From contig NC_042998.1 of the NCBI RefSeq assembly GCF_006345805.1, forward strand, positions 38,316,001 to 38,380,000: a DNA stretch of 64,000 bases, given 5' to 3'. Of the stretch, positions 1 through 15,332 are shown piece by piece; position 1 is the stretch's first letter; each line of letters starts with the position of its first letter. The notes beneath the pieces were generated by a model. The model did not search any database. It had not been told where the DNA came from and worked only from the letters and a program-made list of their open reading frames with translations. The position numbers were made by a program, and so were the translations under genes. The DNA is from Octopus sinensis. Taxonomy: Eukaryota.

Positions 1-4
1 CATG

Positions 5-46
<42 letters not shown>

Positions 47-130
47 CATATATATATATGTATGTATACATACACGAGCGCGCGCGTATGTATATGTGCT
101 CTGTCTCTCACTCTCACTCTTACCCTCTAA

Positions 131-170
<40 letters not shown>

Positions 171-190
171 AATACACACACACGTATGTA

Positions 191-242
<52 letters not shown>

Positions 243-574
243 TCTCTCTCCCCTCTCCCCCCACCCCCCTGCCCAACACCCACTGCAATCAAAACACATA
301 TCGCATTCGAATCTTCGTCTCAATTTACCACCTTGCAGTCAACACAGCTGTCAATTAGCTTGTAAAAATATAAGTTAAGTCGTTAATTCGTTAGCTGCAG
401 CACGTATTTCACGAACAATGATTTCCTATAAAACTATCGATTGTTATGCATATTCAGGAATGCAACATTTCTTTCTTTTATTCTTTTGATCTCATTCAAA
501 CAGATAAGATATATTATGCAAACTTTTTTTTTATCCTGTTATAAGCTCAAAATTAAGTTACCATGAAATTGCAA

Positions 575-596
575 ATATATATGTATATATGTATAC

Positions 597-647
<51 letters not shown>

Positions 648-650
648 ATA

Positions 651-744
<94 letters not shown>

Positions 745-751
745 CATATAA

Positions 752-840
<89 letters not shown>

Positions 841-845
841 TAAGC
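575..845. repeat. (TA)n microsatellite, representative of many TA, CA, GA, GATA, CATA, TAA, GAA and TAG tracts
   Basis: Directly visible; these tracts generate most of the low-complexity ORFs in the track. Confidence 0.95.
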
Positions 846-1101
846 ATGCAGACATGCATACACACATGCTGCAATAAAACTAATGCCTATATTCGGTTTT
901 ATATAATTGAAGTAGCCTCGACTTGCATAGTAATCAATCTGCCAACAAGAAAGCGACCGGCATGACAGTATAATTTATCATATACGAAACAAAGCATTCA
1001 TGAAAAATATATAACAACGGTATTTACGTAAAGTACCTAAGTTATATTGTGTAGTTTCCTGTATAAATACGTAGATCTGTGTGGTGTGTGAATGTAAATA
1101 T

Positions 1102-1141
<40 letters not shown>

Positions 1142-1527
1142 CAAACAGACAGACAGACAGACAGGCACAAACAAGCAGATCGACAGAGCGAATGGTTTAT
1201 TGTGGTGATTGTAGTAGCGCATACGTAAGAAAGAACTGCATTTATTACAGTGTTAGAATTTCTTTTTCGTATTCCTACAACATGGGAACGGTGTTTCAAC
1301 AAAGTGTATAACAATAAACTTCATCAAACAAGTGTTATTGAAAGGGAATGGTTGGAAATATTCTGGAAAATATTCTGGACAAGGAGGGAACGAGGAAAGA
1401 AAGTTTGCTCCGTTTTATTTAACTGTTTCCATATCCTTCAATTTTCCCTATCTGTCCATTCTATTTCTTTCTTTCTTTCTCCTCTCACTTTTCTCTCTCA
1501 TTCTCACTCTCTCTTTCTTTCTTTCTT

Positions 1528-1561
<34 letters not shown>

Positions 1562-2198
1562 TTCCCCCTCTTTCTCGTCACTCAACTTTCCCTCTTTACT
1601 TCCTACTTCACGTCTGTCTCATTCTTTCTACGCCTTCTTTCTCTCTGCCTAGTCTAAATCTGTCATATCTAATAAGTAACTATATATACATATATATATA
1701 AGTGGGGATGGCGTATCTATGCATGTATCTAAGTATGTATTGCGTCTGTGTGTGTGCGTGTGTGTATATCATTGTTCAGTTTTATTTCAAGACTTCTTGC
1801 CAATAAAGAAGGAGCCAGTTTCTAACCTAGATTCAAGGCTCCTTCATTGGAATTTCAACATCAGCAACAGGGTATTTTTGTTTGTATGTATGTATATGTG
1901 CAGATTTGTATGTTTTGTTTTATGTATGTATTCTCATGCACATAGCTGCACATCTAGACACGCTTCATATATATTTTAATGATAAACTTCTGGAAAGTTT
2001 TACAGATTTTTACAGTTCCAGTGATGTATGTACGCATGTACGCATGTATGTATGAGTATGTATTTATATATGTGTGTATGTGTGTATATGATTTTATGTC
2101 TACATGAACTCGATCTACAATACTTTAATATTTATTGTCTGATAAAGCACCGCAACGCTTTGTTAAATCAGCGTGTTAATATTGAGAGGATATGAATA

Positions 2199-2247
<49 letters not shown>

Positions 2248-2641
2248 ATGTACGTACGTACGTATGCATGTAGGAGTCATGTAATTATATAATGTCATTT
2301 AAATTTAAATTACACGACAAATATGCAGTATTTAGAACTTAGTGGATATCTTCGCATGGGGAAAGGAAACTGTGAAGAAAAATCAAGTCCGAGTTTCATT
2401 AGGTTGGCTTCTATTATCACAAAATGCATAGAGAAAGCAAAACAAATCAGGAAAGTTTTCACCTAAGATATTTTGTCATGTCATCTTTGGTGCGTTTCAC
2501 TAACAAGGAAAAATGCCAGTTATATAAGGACAATCCTACAAGTTGATTGCATCGTTAAAACCTCAGAGACTACGTAACTATCATGAGTAAATACTAAACT
2601 TCCAAGAACGCCATACAATCGACTACTACAACACGTTTGTT

Positions 2642-2703
<62 letters not shown>

Positions 2704-2957
2704 TGGTGTTGTAGAAAAACAACGTATCTGTTCAGTGTTGCCACGTTCAATATTCCCAGACATCTATGTTTCTAGCTCCTTAGCTATTATCAATAGGACA
2801 TACCTAAGAAAGGCAATTCTGAACAGATCTTATAAAGCTATAGCTTCATCTAAAATGCAGTCAACAACGTTGACTGATTTGCGCCAGTAAACCGCCCGGT
2901 CGTGAAAATTACCGAAATATTAGCGCCAAGCAGTGTTTAGGCATAAGCAAAGTTTAG

Positions 2958-3200
2958 GTTAGTTGAAATGTGTTTGTAACATTTCGACTGCTAAAAGGCA
3001 AATTCATTGCATTTACTGAAGAGAAAATCTTATCTTACGGTAAAAAGGTGTAAAAACAGCATATCTAGTCAGTGTCGCCATCTTTCAGGATTCCCATGAT
3101 GTTTTTATACTTTTTTACCATAAGAGAAATACTTTCTCTGTTGTAACTGCTGTGAATTTGGCTTTTGCAGTTGAAAGATGTCACAAACAGATTTCAATTA
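2958..3200. repeat. Imperfect ~240-bp inverted repeat (old MITE-like)
   Basis: ttgaaatgtgtttgtaacat / atgtcacaaacagatttcaa and ggtaaaaaggtgtaaaaaca / tgtttttatactttttacc. Confidence 0.6.
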
Positions 3201-3208
3201 TCTATGTG

Positions 3209-3274
<66 letters not shown>

Positions 3275-3370
3275 AAAGTTTGAAAATGCAATTTAAACGA
3301 TGTTTATTTACTTAACCGGTTTCACTCTTTGGTAAAGATTGTCAAAAGTTACATTTAAGGAAACATTGCG

Positions 3371-3448
<78 letters not shown>

Positions 3449-3525
3449 GTTGAGTTGTGGGGTATCGCACGAGTGGGATTATATAAGAAAAAGGTTTGAA
3501 AATGCAATTTAAACGATGTTTATTT

Positions 3526-3566
3526 ACTTAACCGGTTTCACTCTTTGGTAAAAGATTGTCAAAAGT
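3526..3566 (-). ncRNA. Variant minimal type I hammerhead ribozyme (U3-A8) in the PLE pLTR
   Basis: Minus strand: actt-TTGACAA-tcttt tacc aaaga-gt-GAAA-ccgg-TT-aagt. Further copies at 3310-3349(-) and 8452-8492(+). Confidence 0.6.
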
Positions 3567-4345
3567 TACATTTAAGGAAACATTGAATAATATGGGTTCA
3601 AAAAAAGTTTTTTACATAATTGTCACATTGAATATTATGCATTCAAAAAGTTTTACATAATTGTCACATTGGATATTATGAATTCAAAAATGTTTTTTTA
3701 TACATAATTGTCACATTACATGTATAAATATAGTGTTTGGTAACAGAGAAGTTCAATAGTGTGATGAGAATATTTTGGGAAAATTTGGCAGAAAAGGATA
3801 AAACAAATATATTATTGGGAATTGGTTGCGTTAATTATTGGTTGTCGCAAATTGTCACATTACATGTATATATATACAATCTTCGGTATATATATACAGC
3901 CTTTGACAGCAAAAATTAAATGGATTTTTTATACATCTCAGAATATTTTAAGTACAAGGCGAGAATATGTTTTTACTGACCTGTTGGTATTAGCAGAAAG
4001 GCTGAACTGAGAGAACAGAGGAAGTAGCCAATGTGGTGTATACTTCCCCTTTATGCATGAATGATTTTGGGGTTATCAGGAGGTTAGTATGCGGGTGTGA
4101 ATAGATGTGTCCGTGCCCGCTGGTCAGATAGCGTCTGTTTGTCACACACAATATATACACACACACACACACACAACAACACACACACACACACACACAT
4201 AGTAAACAAACACACACCACATACAAACAACACACACACACACCCACACACAACGCACCCACATATATCACATATACACACAGCACACAAATATAATATG
4301 TATCTATATATAACATACACAGATATATAACACACATACACACAC

Positions 4346-4403
<58 letters not shown>

Positions 4404-5285
4404 TAATATAAATATCACACAAATACACCTAGCATATATATACACACATACAATACACACATACAGCATGTAAGTAATATACATACACAATATATGCATG
4501 CAATATACATACGCAGTACATACATATAATATATATATATAGACAATGCATATACATATATACACATATACATATAAATAGTGTTTACATACACATACAT
4601 AGATGTACCACATATACACACAATACACATACATACAACGCATACACATACACGTACGCATACATATAATATATATATACACACACACACACATAACATA
4701 CATACACAATGTATACATATATATACACGCAATGCACATACATGTAATCATGCATATATAGCACACCTACAATATACATATATACACTGCACACATACAC
4801 ACACATATATACACTTAATTGTACACATACATATACAATACACATACATACAATATACATATACACAATGCGCATGCAAATAATGTACATGTTTATACAC
4901 ACATAAACAAGCAAATAAATATACACACACACACATACACACACACACATATATATACACATATATATATATATATATATACACACATACATACATACAT
5001 ACATGCACATACATATATTTTTTCACACACATACACATACATATATATATATATATATATTTAAAAACAAATACACATGTAAATACATACATACGTACAT
5101 AATGCTCACACACACACACATACACACACACCCGTACACAGTGCACACACACACACACATATATACACACGTGCACACACACATACACACAACGCGCGCG
5201 CACGCACACACATACACACACACGCACACAGTACACACACACACACACATATATATATACACCCGCGCACACACACACACAACGT

Positions 5286-5321
<36 letters not shown>

Positions 5322-5506
5322 CACTCACACACATACATCACCTACATATATATAATGCATGCGTGTGCATGCCACGTATGTGTGCGGTCAATGCCCGCTA
5401 GTGTGTCCTATGCGTGCCGATGCGCGCATGTGCCCGCCCGCACGATATGCTGTGAGCGTGCGCGCGTCCCTGTGTGCTTGCTCTGGATGTGTTTCCAGGG
5501 GGTATG

Positions 5507-8330
5507 TTAGAGTATGTTTAGTTGTGGTCTGTATTTTTGAATAAGATTACTTTCCTTATTTATTCGTGTTTGGTCTGTGGTGTTGTCCGAGCATTGGTAT
5601 AGTGGGAAGACTAAGAATTTGGGGGACTTATTGTGTGCACAAAGGTCTAAGTGTCCACTTAGTGGTATCTGTCTTGTGGAGGGGTCCCTCAGTTGTTGTC
5701 GGTGAACTGTCATTCTGTCTCTGAGGGTAAGGCTCGTTTGCCCTATGTAATCTTCGTGGCATCCTTCACACCTTATGACGTAGAGTAAATTTTTTGATGC
5801 GCACGTGAAATTATTTTTTATGATGAATGTGTGTCCCGAGTGGAACTTGTACGATGATCCCTCAATGAGGTGGATGCAGGTCTTGCAGTTGGGGCGACCA
5901 CATTTTTTGATGGTGGGCGGTGGGTTTGTGTTGTGTAATTTTGCGTTGGTGAGGAGGTTTTTTAGGGATTTAGGTTGTCTCTTACTTTTTATTATTTTAT
6001 GAGCTGCCAGTATTTTTTCAGGCGTGGGTCTTGATTTAGTTGTGGAATGTTGTTGTATATAATAGTGTAAGCTTCTGCATTCCTTGGGTTGTGTGTTGAG
6101 AGATAAGGGAGGCTATTGACTGTACTGTGGATGTGTTTGGGTTTTCGAAGGTCTTGAATGTTGATTGATTTGGCCCGTTCTATTCCGTTGTCTACTAGTG
6201 ATGCCGGGTAATGTCTTTCGAGAAGAATTGCCCTTAGTTCCCGGAGTCTTCTATTTCGTGTTGTGTCATTTGAGACAATAGTGAAGATTCTTCTCGCTAG
6301 GTTGAAGGGGATATTTGTCTTTGTGTGTTTTGGTGATTGGAGGTGAATAGAAGGTATTGTTTAGAGTCAGTGGGTTTGTAATGGATGTCAGTTTCAATGT
6401 TGACGCCTTTTTTAATGATTAGGATGTCAAGAAAAGGGAGTTGGTCCTGACTATATTCCATTGTGAATTGAATGTTGTTATTTACACTGTTGATAAGGTT
6501 TTTGAAGTCTATAAGTTGGTCGAGTGTGTGGGACCATAGGATGAGGCAATCATCTAAGTAGCGTTTCCAGTTCTCCAACAGGTATTTGTGGAAAGACTGG
6601 CCGTACTTATATTTGGATTTTTCATAGATATGTGATTCCAGGTAGGCCATCACCAGGTTTGCATAGGTAGGTGCAACTTTCGTACCCATTGCAGTTCCTG
6701 AGACCTGTCTGTAAGTGTTGTTGTGGAAATACATGAAGTTGTTTTGCAGAATAAATTTGAGGCCCTCAATTATGAATTCTTTTTTAATTCTTTCCGGGAT
6801 CTCATTGGGATATTATCCAGCCAGAATTTAATGGCTTCCAGTCCAAATTCATGTGGGATTGTGGTGTAAAGATTAATAACATCAAAAGAAACGATTAAGG
6901 TGTCTTTATCGGCATGTTTGGGGAGATGGTTTAATAGGTCCAGGTCATCTCTTACAATACTTGGAATGTGTTTCAGTATTGGCTTTAAGATGATATCTAT
7001 AAAGTTGCTAAGTCTCTGTGTTTCACAACTTGGGCCTGCCACTATTGGTCTCAGTTTGAGATCAGTGGGATGTGGTATAGTGATGCAGGTTGAAGTGGAC
7101 TTTTTGCAAGCTTCTGTGATAATTTGACTCTTGTGTATTTTTGGAAGCCCATAGAGTGTGCTGGTTTTGCAATTAAATTTAGTAATGTAGTCGCATTCCT
7201 TTGCTGTCAAGTCATTCCGGTGTTGGTAAATGAGTGCCTTCAGATTGGTCATTGTTTTGGATTGCTGGTAGTCGACTACTCTTTCGTAGTATGTGGTATC
7301 CTCTAAAAGGAGAGATACAGAGTTTTTATATTGCTCAGTATTCATAACAACGACCGTACTACCCTTATCAGCTTCCTTTATTGTGACGTCATGATTGTCT
7401 CGTAGCGTATGGATGATTTCCCATTCTCTTTTACTGGTGTTGGGTTTGAGTTTAGGTTGTGGGAGTTCACCATAAGGGAAGTTGGAGATGTAATCGCAAA
7501 ATTTGTCTAAGGTTTTGTTTTTGCCTTTTATGGGATTATAGTTGCTTTTGTTACAGACCATTGATTCGTCGATATTATTAGTTTTCCTGTCAAAAAATTC
7601 CTCTGTGAGGCGTAATTTTCTGCAAAAGTGCGAGATGTCATCCTGTATTTCCCTCAGGTTAGGGTATTGCGGAGTTGGGGTGAATTTTAGTCCTCTTGAA
7701 AGGATTTTTATTTGTGGTGTCGACAGGTTTAGGTTAGAAAGATTCACTATTTTTGGTTTTTCGGGTTGGTATCTACCATCTGGTGTCGTGGAAACTGATG
7801 CCCTTGCCTAAAAAAGGAATCCTGGAGGTTCTTCTATTTGCGGTATTTTGCTGTATGTGATTCTGTCCCCCGTTGACATGTCTGTTGAAGAGGTTTTGGT
7901 TGTTGTGATTCTGTCCCCCGTTGCTATGTTGTCTGTTGAGGAGGTTTTGGTTGTTCCAGGGTCTGGGTTGTTGGTGTGGCCTCCTGGAAGAGTTTTGGTT
8001 ATTCCAGGGTTTGGGTTGTTTGTCCTGGGTGTAATGTTGGTTCCTTAGAGTGGGTTGGAAACTATATTCATGGTTTAGAAGTGAATCCCTATATGTTGGG
8101 GGAGAACTCTGAGTTAGGAGCGGTTTGGGTTGGAATCTACAATCATAGTTCAGAGATGGGTTTCTAAGTGATGGGTAGGATCTCCGAATCTGGAACGGTT
8201 CTTGTGTGGGTTGGGGTCTACGTTGTCTGGTAAAGTTTTGTCGTGTGATGATGGGTGTCTCGGTTCTTTTGATGGGATTGTAGTGCTGTCTGTAAGTTCT
8301 GTTGTTGTTGTTGTCGATGTTAGGGGTGGT
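5507..8330 (-). pseudogene. Frameshifted PLE ORF: reverse transcriptase, Cys-rich linker, GIY-YIG endonuclease
   Basis: Motifs LSRGLKFTPTP, ADKGSTVVVM, LYGLPKIHK, LRPIVA, SFDVINLYTTIPH, GTAMGTKVAPTYANL, RYLDD, LPFLD, YKPTD; then CGRPNCKTC and NLLYVIRCEGCHEDYIGQT...H...H...E...LN. Stop at 5507. Split by frameshifts. Confidence 0.92.
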
Positions 8331-8570
8331 GAATTCATAATATCCAATGTGACAATTATGTAAAAACTTTTTTGAATGCATAATATTCAATGTGACAATT
8401 ATGTAAAAAACTTTTTTTGAACCCATATTATTCAATGTTTCCTTAAATGTAACTTTTGACAATCTTTTACCAAAGAGTGAAACCGGTTAAGTAAATAAAC
8501 ATCGTTTAAATTGCATTTTCAAACCTTTTTTCTTATATAATCCCACTCGTGCGATACCCCACAACTCAAC

Positions 8571-9055
<485 letters not shown>

Positions 9056-9223
9056 ATATATACTTGTGTACATGTACGTAGGTGCGTATACAAACGCACG
9101 TGCACAAACATAAGTATAAATTTTGTTTCATTTTTACTTTATTTTATTCCATGAACATAAATTTTCTTTTTCTTTTATTCATTATATTACTTGAACCGTA
9201 TATAATATAAACCATCATTCATG

Positions 9224-9268
<45 letters not shown>

Positions 9269-9568
9269 GAAATGAATTGAAATAAAAGAAATAATTTTAA
9301 CGCATACGTACACACACACATACGTATACATACACACATAGTAAACATGTATGTATATTCTGCATTATTCCAAAAGTATCCTAATGTAATCCTTATTATC
9401 CTCGGCATTCCCCCGACGATTTTCCATACAAAGCATTTAAAATGGAAAATTATATATTTATATAGGTCTTGCAATTTTAATTTTGTTTGTGAAATGAAAC
9501 AATTGTTGGTGAATATGTTGATTAATTAATAAATTAATTCGTATCCATTAGATCTCTCTGTTTTCTAA

Positions 9569-9658
<90 letters not shown>

Positions 9659-10389
9659 ATATAATGTTGTCATTGAGACCCAAAGGTGTCAGGTAATGCT
9701 GAATAAGTGCTATAGAGAGACCATAGTTAAGTTCCAGATTCGGTAATATTGCGAATAAAGGGTTCAATGTTGGTTCTATGTCAGCGTGTGTATATAAGAA
9801 TTTTTTGCGTAATAAGATAAAAAAAACCACGCAAAAAATTCTCATATATATATATATATATTTATACACACAGACAAGAGGGATTTCACACACTTTACGT
9901 TTACTAATATACTTCACAAAATTTCCTTCAACAGCATAATTGTTGTCGATCTATTTAGGTAGAAGTGAAGAATAAACAATAAATATAATATAGACGAATA
10001 GAATTTACTTAAAACCGGTGATGTCAATAAGCTGTACTAACAGGCGCCGGACCATCACGTTATGCTTTGAGAACATAAGCACACTTCGCTGTTTTGTTCT
10101 GTTCGTCTCATTGGCTCAGGGTAAATTTATGCGCAGAAATTCACTTAGAATATATGTTCAGTGTGAGAAGCATCGAGTGTACTTACTGGAAACTTATTGA
10201 CCAGCACAACAGAATCACATGACAGTAAGTTAACATGTAACTCGAGATATTCAGATATTCAGACATGTCGCTGGATAAATAGATAATGTTTTATTGTGAA
10301 TGGTTCCGACCTTAAAACCAATCATCAAACGTACTCTTTGTTCTTTCAATAATCGATAACTGTACGTTGTACATACACGGGGACACGGA

Positions 10390-10435
<46 letters not shown>

Positions 10436-10642
10436 AAGAATCAAGATAAATACAAGTTTGCATTACTACATCCTACGTACGTTTCACCATTATGGTTGCT
10501 TGGAATCCCGCATAGGATGTTCCAAGTGTACTTCGATAGTCAACCAAAACCGGTCAGGAAACACTTTATTGTATTAAGTTACACAACACACACACATACA
10601 CATACATATCTATGTATGTATATAAGTAAATATTAATAAATA

Positions 10643-10674
<32 letters not shown>

Positions 10675-10675
10675 T

Positions 10676-10708
<33 letters not shown>

Positions 10709-11139
10709 TTCTCTCTCTGTTTATATGTATGTATACATTTATCTAAATATGTGTGCGATGTGTGTCTGTATACACACATTCATACACATGCACACGCACA
10801 CACGCACATATATGTGTGTATTATGGGTGGAAGGCAGAATTGGCTTCGATGAGATTTGACTTGGAACGCAAAAGGACACAAGAAAATACTCGAAGGCAAA
10901 GGATCTACAAATTCACTGCCTTGCGTGAGTGAGTATGAGTGCGTGTATATGCATGTGTGTGTGTGTGTAAATGTATGAATATGTAAATATGATTGCAAAT
11001 ATATGTGTGTATGTATTACTATAAGCATATGTGTATGCATATGTACGATTACAAATATATGCATAGAACTCTAAACATTTGCATGGCTATAAGAAAGTGT
11101 ATTTATGAATATTGATATAGATATGGACATTATTATAAA

Positions 11140-11472
11140 TAAGGGTAAAGACCCCCTTCGGTCATGAATGACCATGGGATTGCATCTAGAAAGTTACCCT
11201 CCTAGACACAAGTCCGGGCAAGGTTGTTTATGGAAGACCAGCAGTCGCCCATGCATACCGGCCTCTCCTCTCCACGTCACCGATGTTGTCCAAGGGGCCG
11301 ATACAGCTTGACACCAGTGACGTCGCAACTCATTTCTACAGCTGAGTGAACTGGAGCAACGTGAAATAAAGTGTCTTGCTCAAGAACACAACACGCAGCC
11401 CGGTCCGGGATTCGAGCTCACAACCTCACGATCGTAAGCTCGACGCTCTAACCACTGAGCCATGCGCCTTCA
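11140..11472 (-). mobile_element. tRNA-derived SINE family C (related heads at ~42612 + and 57748 +)
   Basis: Minus: ggcgcatggctcagtggttagagcgtcgagcttacgatcgtgaggttgtgagctcgaatcccgg (A/B boxes), followed by a non-tRNA body. Confidence 0.8.
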
Positions 11473-14339
11473 CATAAATATAGCAACATATATCTAATTA
11501 CAACTAAATGTATTTATGATTACTTTTCCTATCCTTTATTAACTTTTAAATTTAAATAAATGTTTCTACCATTGCACTTTGATAAATAATAACAATAATC
11601 TTTGAAGTACGATTCCTTTTGGAATAGCTCCGTTTTACATTCCTGGGGGCGTCGGGGAGTTCACAAAATATTTTCGCATAGAACCAAACTTAATGTGCTG
11701 AATATAATCACAGCACCCACGTCTATAAATTCTATTAAATTAAAAAAAAGAATTAGTACTCTCCAACAGTTTCAAAAGTATTGTAGACCAGATTTGCCAG
11801 AAACCTTTTAAAGGAATAAATTACATTTTCAACAAAGTTGTTGGCAAGTACCCAGAATGAAGCGGCTGCTGTCTTTTCTCTGCACCCTTCAGTTCAACAC
11901 TCTCATAACAGAGCAGGTGAGTTAATCAAGTGTATCCGTCACTCTAGCACTCCATAAACTGAGGTGATATGACTAAGACTGCATAATTGCATATAAACGC
12001 TTACTAATCGAGGGTGCAACTCGGGTACATTTCTCCCTTGTAGCCATATCCCCTCAATAAAACCGAACCAACGTTTGAATTTCGACTTGTAAGAAATAGG
12101 TGCTAAGTTTTCTTAAAATTACACCTGTTATATTATTTCGCTTTTGGATTTGGTTTGCAAGATTCTTTATGTGGGTTCGTGAGTTGAAGCATACTCTGTT
12201 ATGTCTGGGGAGAGTCATTCTCTTTTAGTACTTTATAATTTAACACCAGTGAAATTTCCACTTATTTCTTATTTTTATTTTTCTAAAGTGTTCGTTGCGT
12301 CTTACAACCTTTTCAATAGTTTTGACTCTCTGTAAGTTCGAAACGAAAAAAAATATTGGAATTAAACTGCTTCCTTTATTTCATCTATTTTTAATACATT
12401 TGTTTACTTTTACTAATCTTCACTAAAGACAAGGTAAGAAGATCGTGTGTCATTCATACACTTTTTAAAGCATAAACATTCTGGCAAAACTGTTTCCAAT
12501 CCTGCCACAACTCGCATAGAGTCAAAACTATTGAAAAGGTTGCAAGACACAACGAAAAGTTTAGAAAAATGAAAAAAGAAATGAGTGGAAATTTTACCGG
12601 TGAGTGTGTTAGATTATAAGGCACTAAAAGAGAATGACTCTCCCCAGACACAACTGTTATATTATGTAATCCCGGATATACTAACCCTAATAGTAAGACT
12701 GGATGGCCAGAACTGGTATGTCTTTGAGCAGAAAGCAATTTGTATCAGGACCGACATTCAAAAGCATCAACAATTTACACAGTTAATGCATGTAGGAAGG
12801 GCATTATTGCAACAGAGTTTATCATTCAGTGTTCGCATGTTTTTCTATTCAAGTGAAACCGATATTTATCAGTGATACTGACGTGCATCATAGGAAAACA
12901 TTAACGTACGGGCGGCGATCAGAGTGCGAAACCCTGTATCTGTTCTCGATGACAGGAATTCTTTCACCTCACTTTTGCCAGAATGTTTATGCTTTCAAAA
13001 GTGTCTGAATGACACACGATCTTCTTGCATTGTCTTTATAAACATTGCGGTTAGTGAAGGTAAACAAATGTATTAAAAATAGATGAAATAAAGGAAGCAG
13101 TTTTAATTCCAATATTTTTTTCCATTTCCAACTTATAGGCTGATATTTTTCTTTGGTACAAGTTATTTCCAGGAAAATGACGTTTGGAAAATGTCGATAT
13201 TAAAATGAATCTCTGTCAGTGTAAAATGTCAAAATACAATCTAAATGAGTACAATATTAGAATTTGCTAATGTATTTTTGTATCTTTTATTTTCGTTTTC
13301 AGGATCCAATTTAAAATCTTAATTTAAATTGGATTGTTATTGTTGTTACTGTCGTTGTTGTTGTTGCTGTTGTTGTTTAAGAACGAGCGAATAAGAAGTT
13401 ATCCATTTGGTCATTGTTTCCGATCAGGCTTATTTCAGTCCTGCCACACCTCACATAGAATGGGAAACCCTACAGATAAACTTTATTTATTCTTCGTTTT
13501 TTTCTTTTGTTCTATGTCATGTTATTCATCTTCCTCTTTATTTTTAGTTTGTTTTCTACAAATAAACAGCTTATCGATTTCTCTTCCGGCCATATTTATA
13601 ATATTGTTGATATAGCTTCAGTAAGCAAGCTGACATGAAATTGCAGTTCTTGTGAAGATTATAGTCTTTCTTTTATATTTTTTTGGTTGCTTTTTTTTTT
13701 ATTCTGCTAGGAGTGTCATGTCAAAAACGAAATGAGGAAGAAGCAAAAGAAACAAAAACGAGAGTTTATTTCCATGGCGTGAGATGGTTTGAAAGTGTTA
13801 ACTTTAATCATGTGTCGAATATTGTTGAAATGTGTATCGTTTTCATGAGACACGGAAAGTTATTAGTGAAATGAAGGAGCTATCAATAACAATGCAAAAA
13901 CGAGATGTTTGTTATGAATCTAAAATTCAAAAACTCATTTCTACTGATGCTTTCTCATACGTTTCCTGTAAATTTTGTTTCACTTCTAGATTTTCTAACA
14001 GCATAGACTATATATCGGATATATATAAATATGTAATGTAGTGAAACTTAACAGGACTTAAATGAGCAGGAGCAGGGGGAGCTAATTCTGTATTGACTGT
14101 TAATGGTTTATTTCTCTGTCAATGCTATCGTTGCAACCTAACCACAAAAAGGACAGTTAATTTTCAATAGATTAGAGCACCAAACTATTAATGGGTTCAC
14201 TACAACCGAAGAACACTTCATTTCTGCAAACAGTGGCAATTCTATAAAAGAAACTATGATTTTATTTGCTTGCCGACTGAATTAAACTCTTCCTGTGAGT
14301 ATAGATTCATTCACATTGATTGCGCATGACTAACTTGTT

Positions 14340-14748
14340 ATTCTCTTTACTCTTTCTCTTTTACTTGTTTCAGTCATTTGACTGCGGCCATGCTGGAGCA
14401 CCGCCTTTAGTCGAGCAAATCGACCCCAGGACTTGTAAGCCCAGCACTTATTCTATCAGTTTCTTTTGCCGAACCGCTAAGTGACGGGGACGTAAACACA
14501 CCAGCATCGGTTGTCAAGCAATGCTAGGGGGACAAACACAGACACACAAACACACACACACATACATATATATATACATATATACGACAAGCTTCTTTCA
14601 GTTTCCGTCTATCAAATCCACTCACAAGGCATTGGTCGGCCCGGGGCTATAGCAGAAGACACTTGCCCAAGATGCCACGCAGTGGGACTGAACCCGGAAC
14701 CATGTGGTTGGTTAGCAAGCTACTTACCACACAGCCACTCCTGCGCCT
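14340..14748 (-). mobile_element. SINE family A, full-length copy
   Basis: Reverse-complement homolog of 8689-9055. Confidence 0.85.
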
Positions 14749-15187
14749 ACGTTATAGACACACAGCAAAAGACTAAGTCCCTTCCCATCTTCTGAATTGG
14801 TTTGGCATAAAATGTTTTCTAATATAGACACAAAGCAAGGCGGAGAGCTAGCAGAATCGTTACGGCGTCGGACAAAAATATTTAACAGTATTTCTTCAGA
14901 CTTTACGCTCTCTGTTCAAATGCTGCTGGGGTCAACTTTGCCTTTCATCCTTTCGGAACCGATGAAATAAGTACCAGTTGAGCATAGAAGAAAATTCTAA
15001 CTGGGTCCCACATGCAAGGACATGCGTTGTTTATTTTAATATGAGATTACCATGTTGCGCACATATGGTTGTGATGCATGTGCCCGGTGTACCCTTATTA
15101 GACGGGTAATCATGATGGGTATATTGGGCTTCATATATTTGTGCTCCAGTGTCACTTTGATGGCATGCGCTGCACTCTCGCTCAGTA

Positions 15188-15247
<60 letters not shown>

Positions 15248-15332
15248 GTAATAGTAATAATAATAATAATAGTAATAGTAATAGCAATAATAATAATAAT
15301 AATAATGATAATAATAATGATAATAATAATAA

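Noticed and set aside
1-5500. Numerous ORFs rich in YI, CV, HT, LS or ER repeats here and throughout the window
   Set aside because: They are translations of microsatellites, with no protein-like complexity.
8330-8462. N-terminus of ORF 7773..8462 as the true PLE start
   Set aside because: This part reads through the inverted pLTR copy; the real ORF is truncated at about 8330.
11395-11472. tRNA genes at SINE heads (also 8689, 57748, 59757)
   Set aside because: They continue into SINE bodies, recur as diverged copies and lack a clean acceptor stem and terminator.
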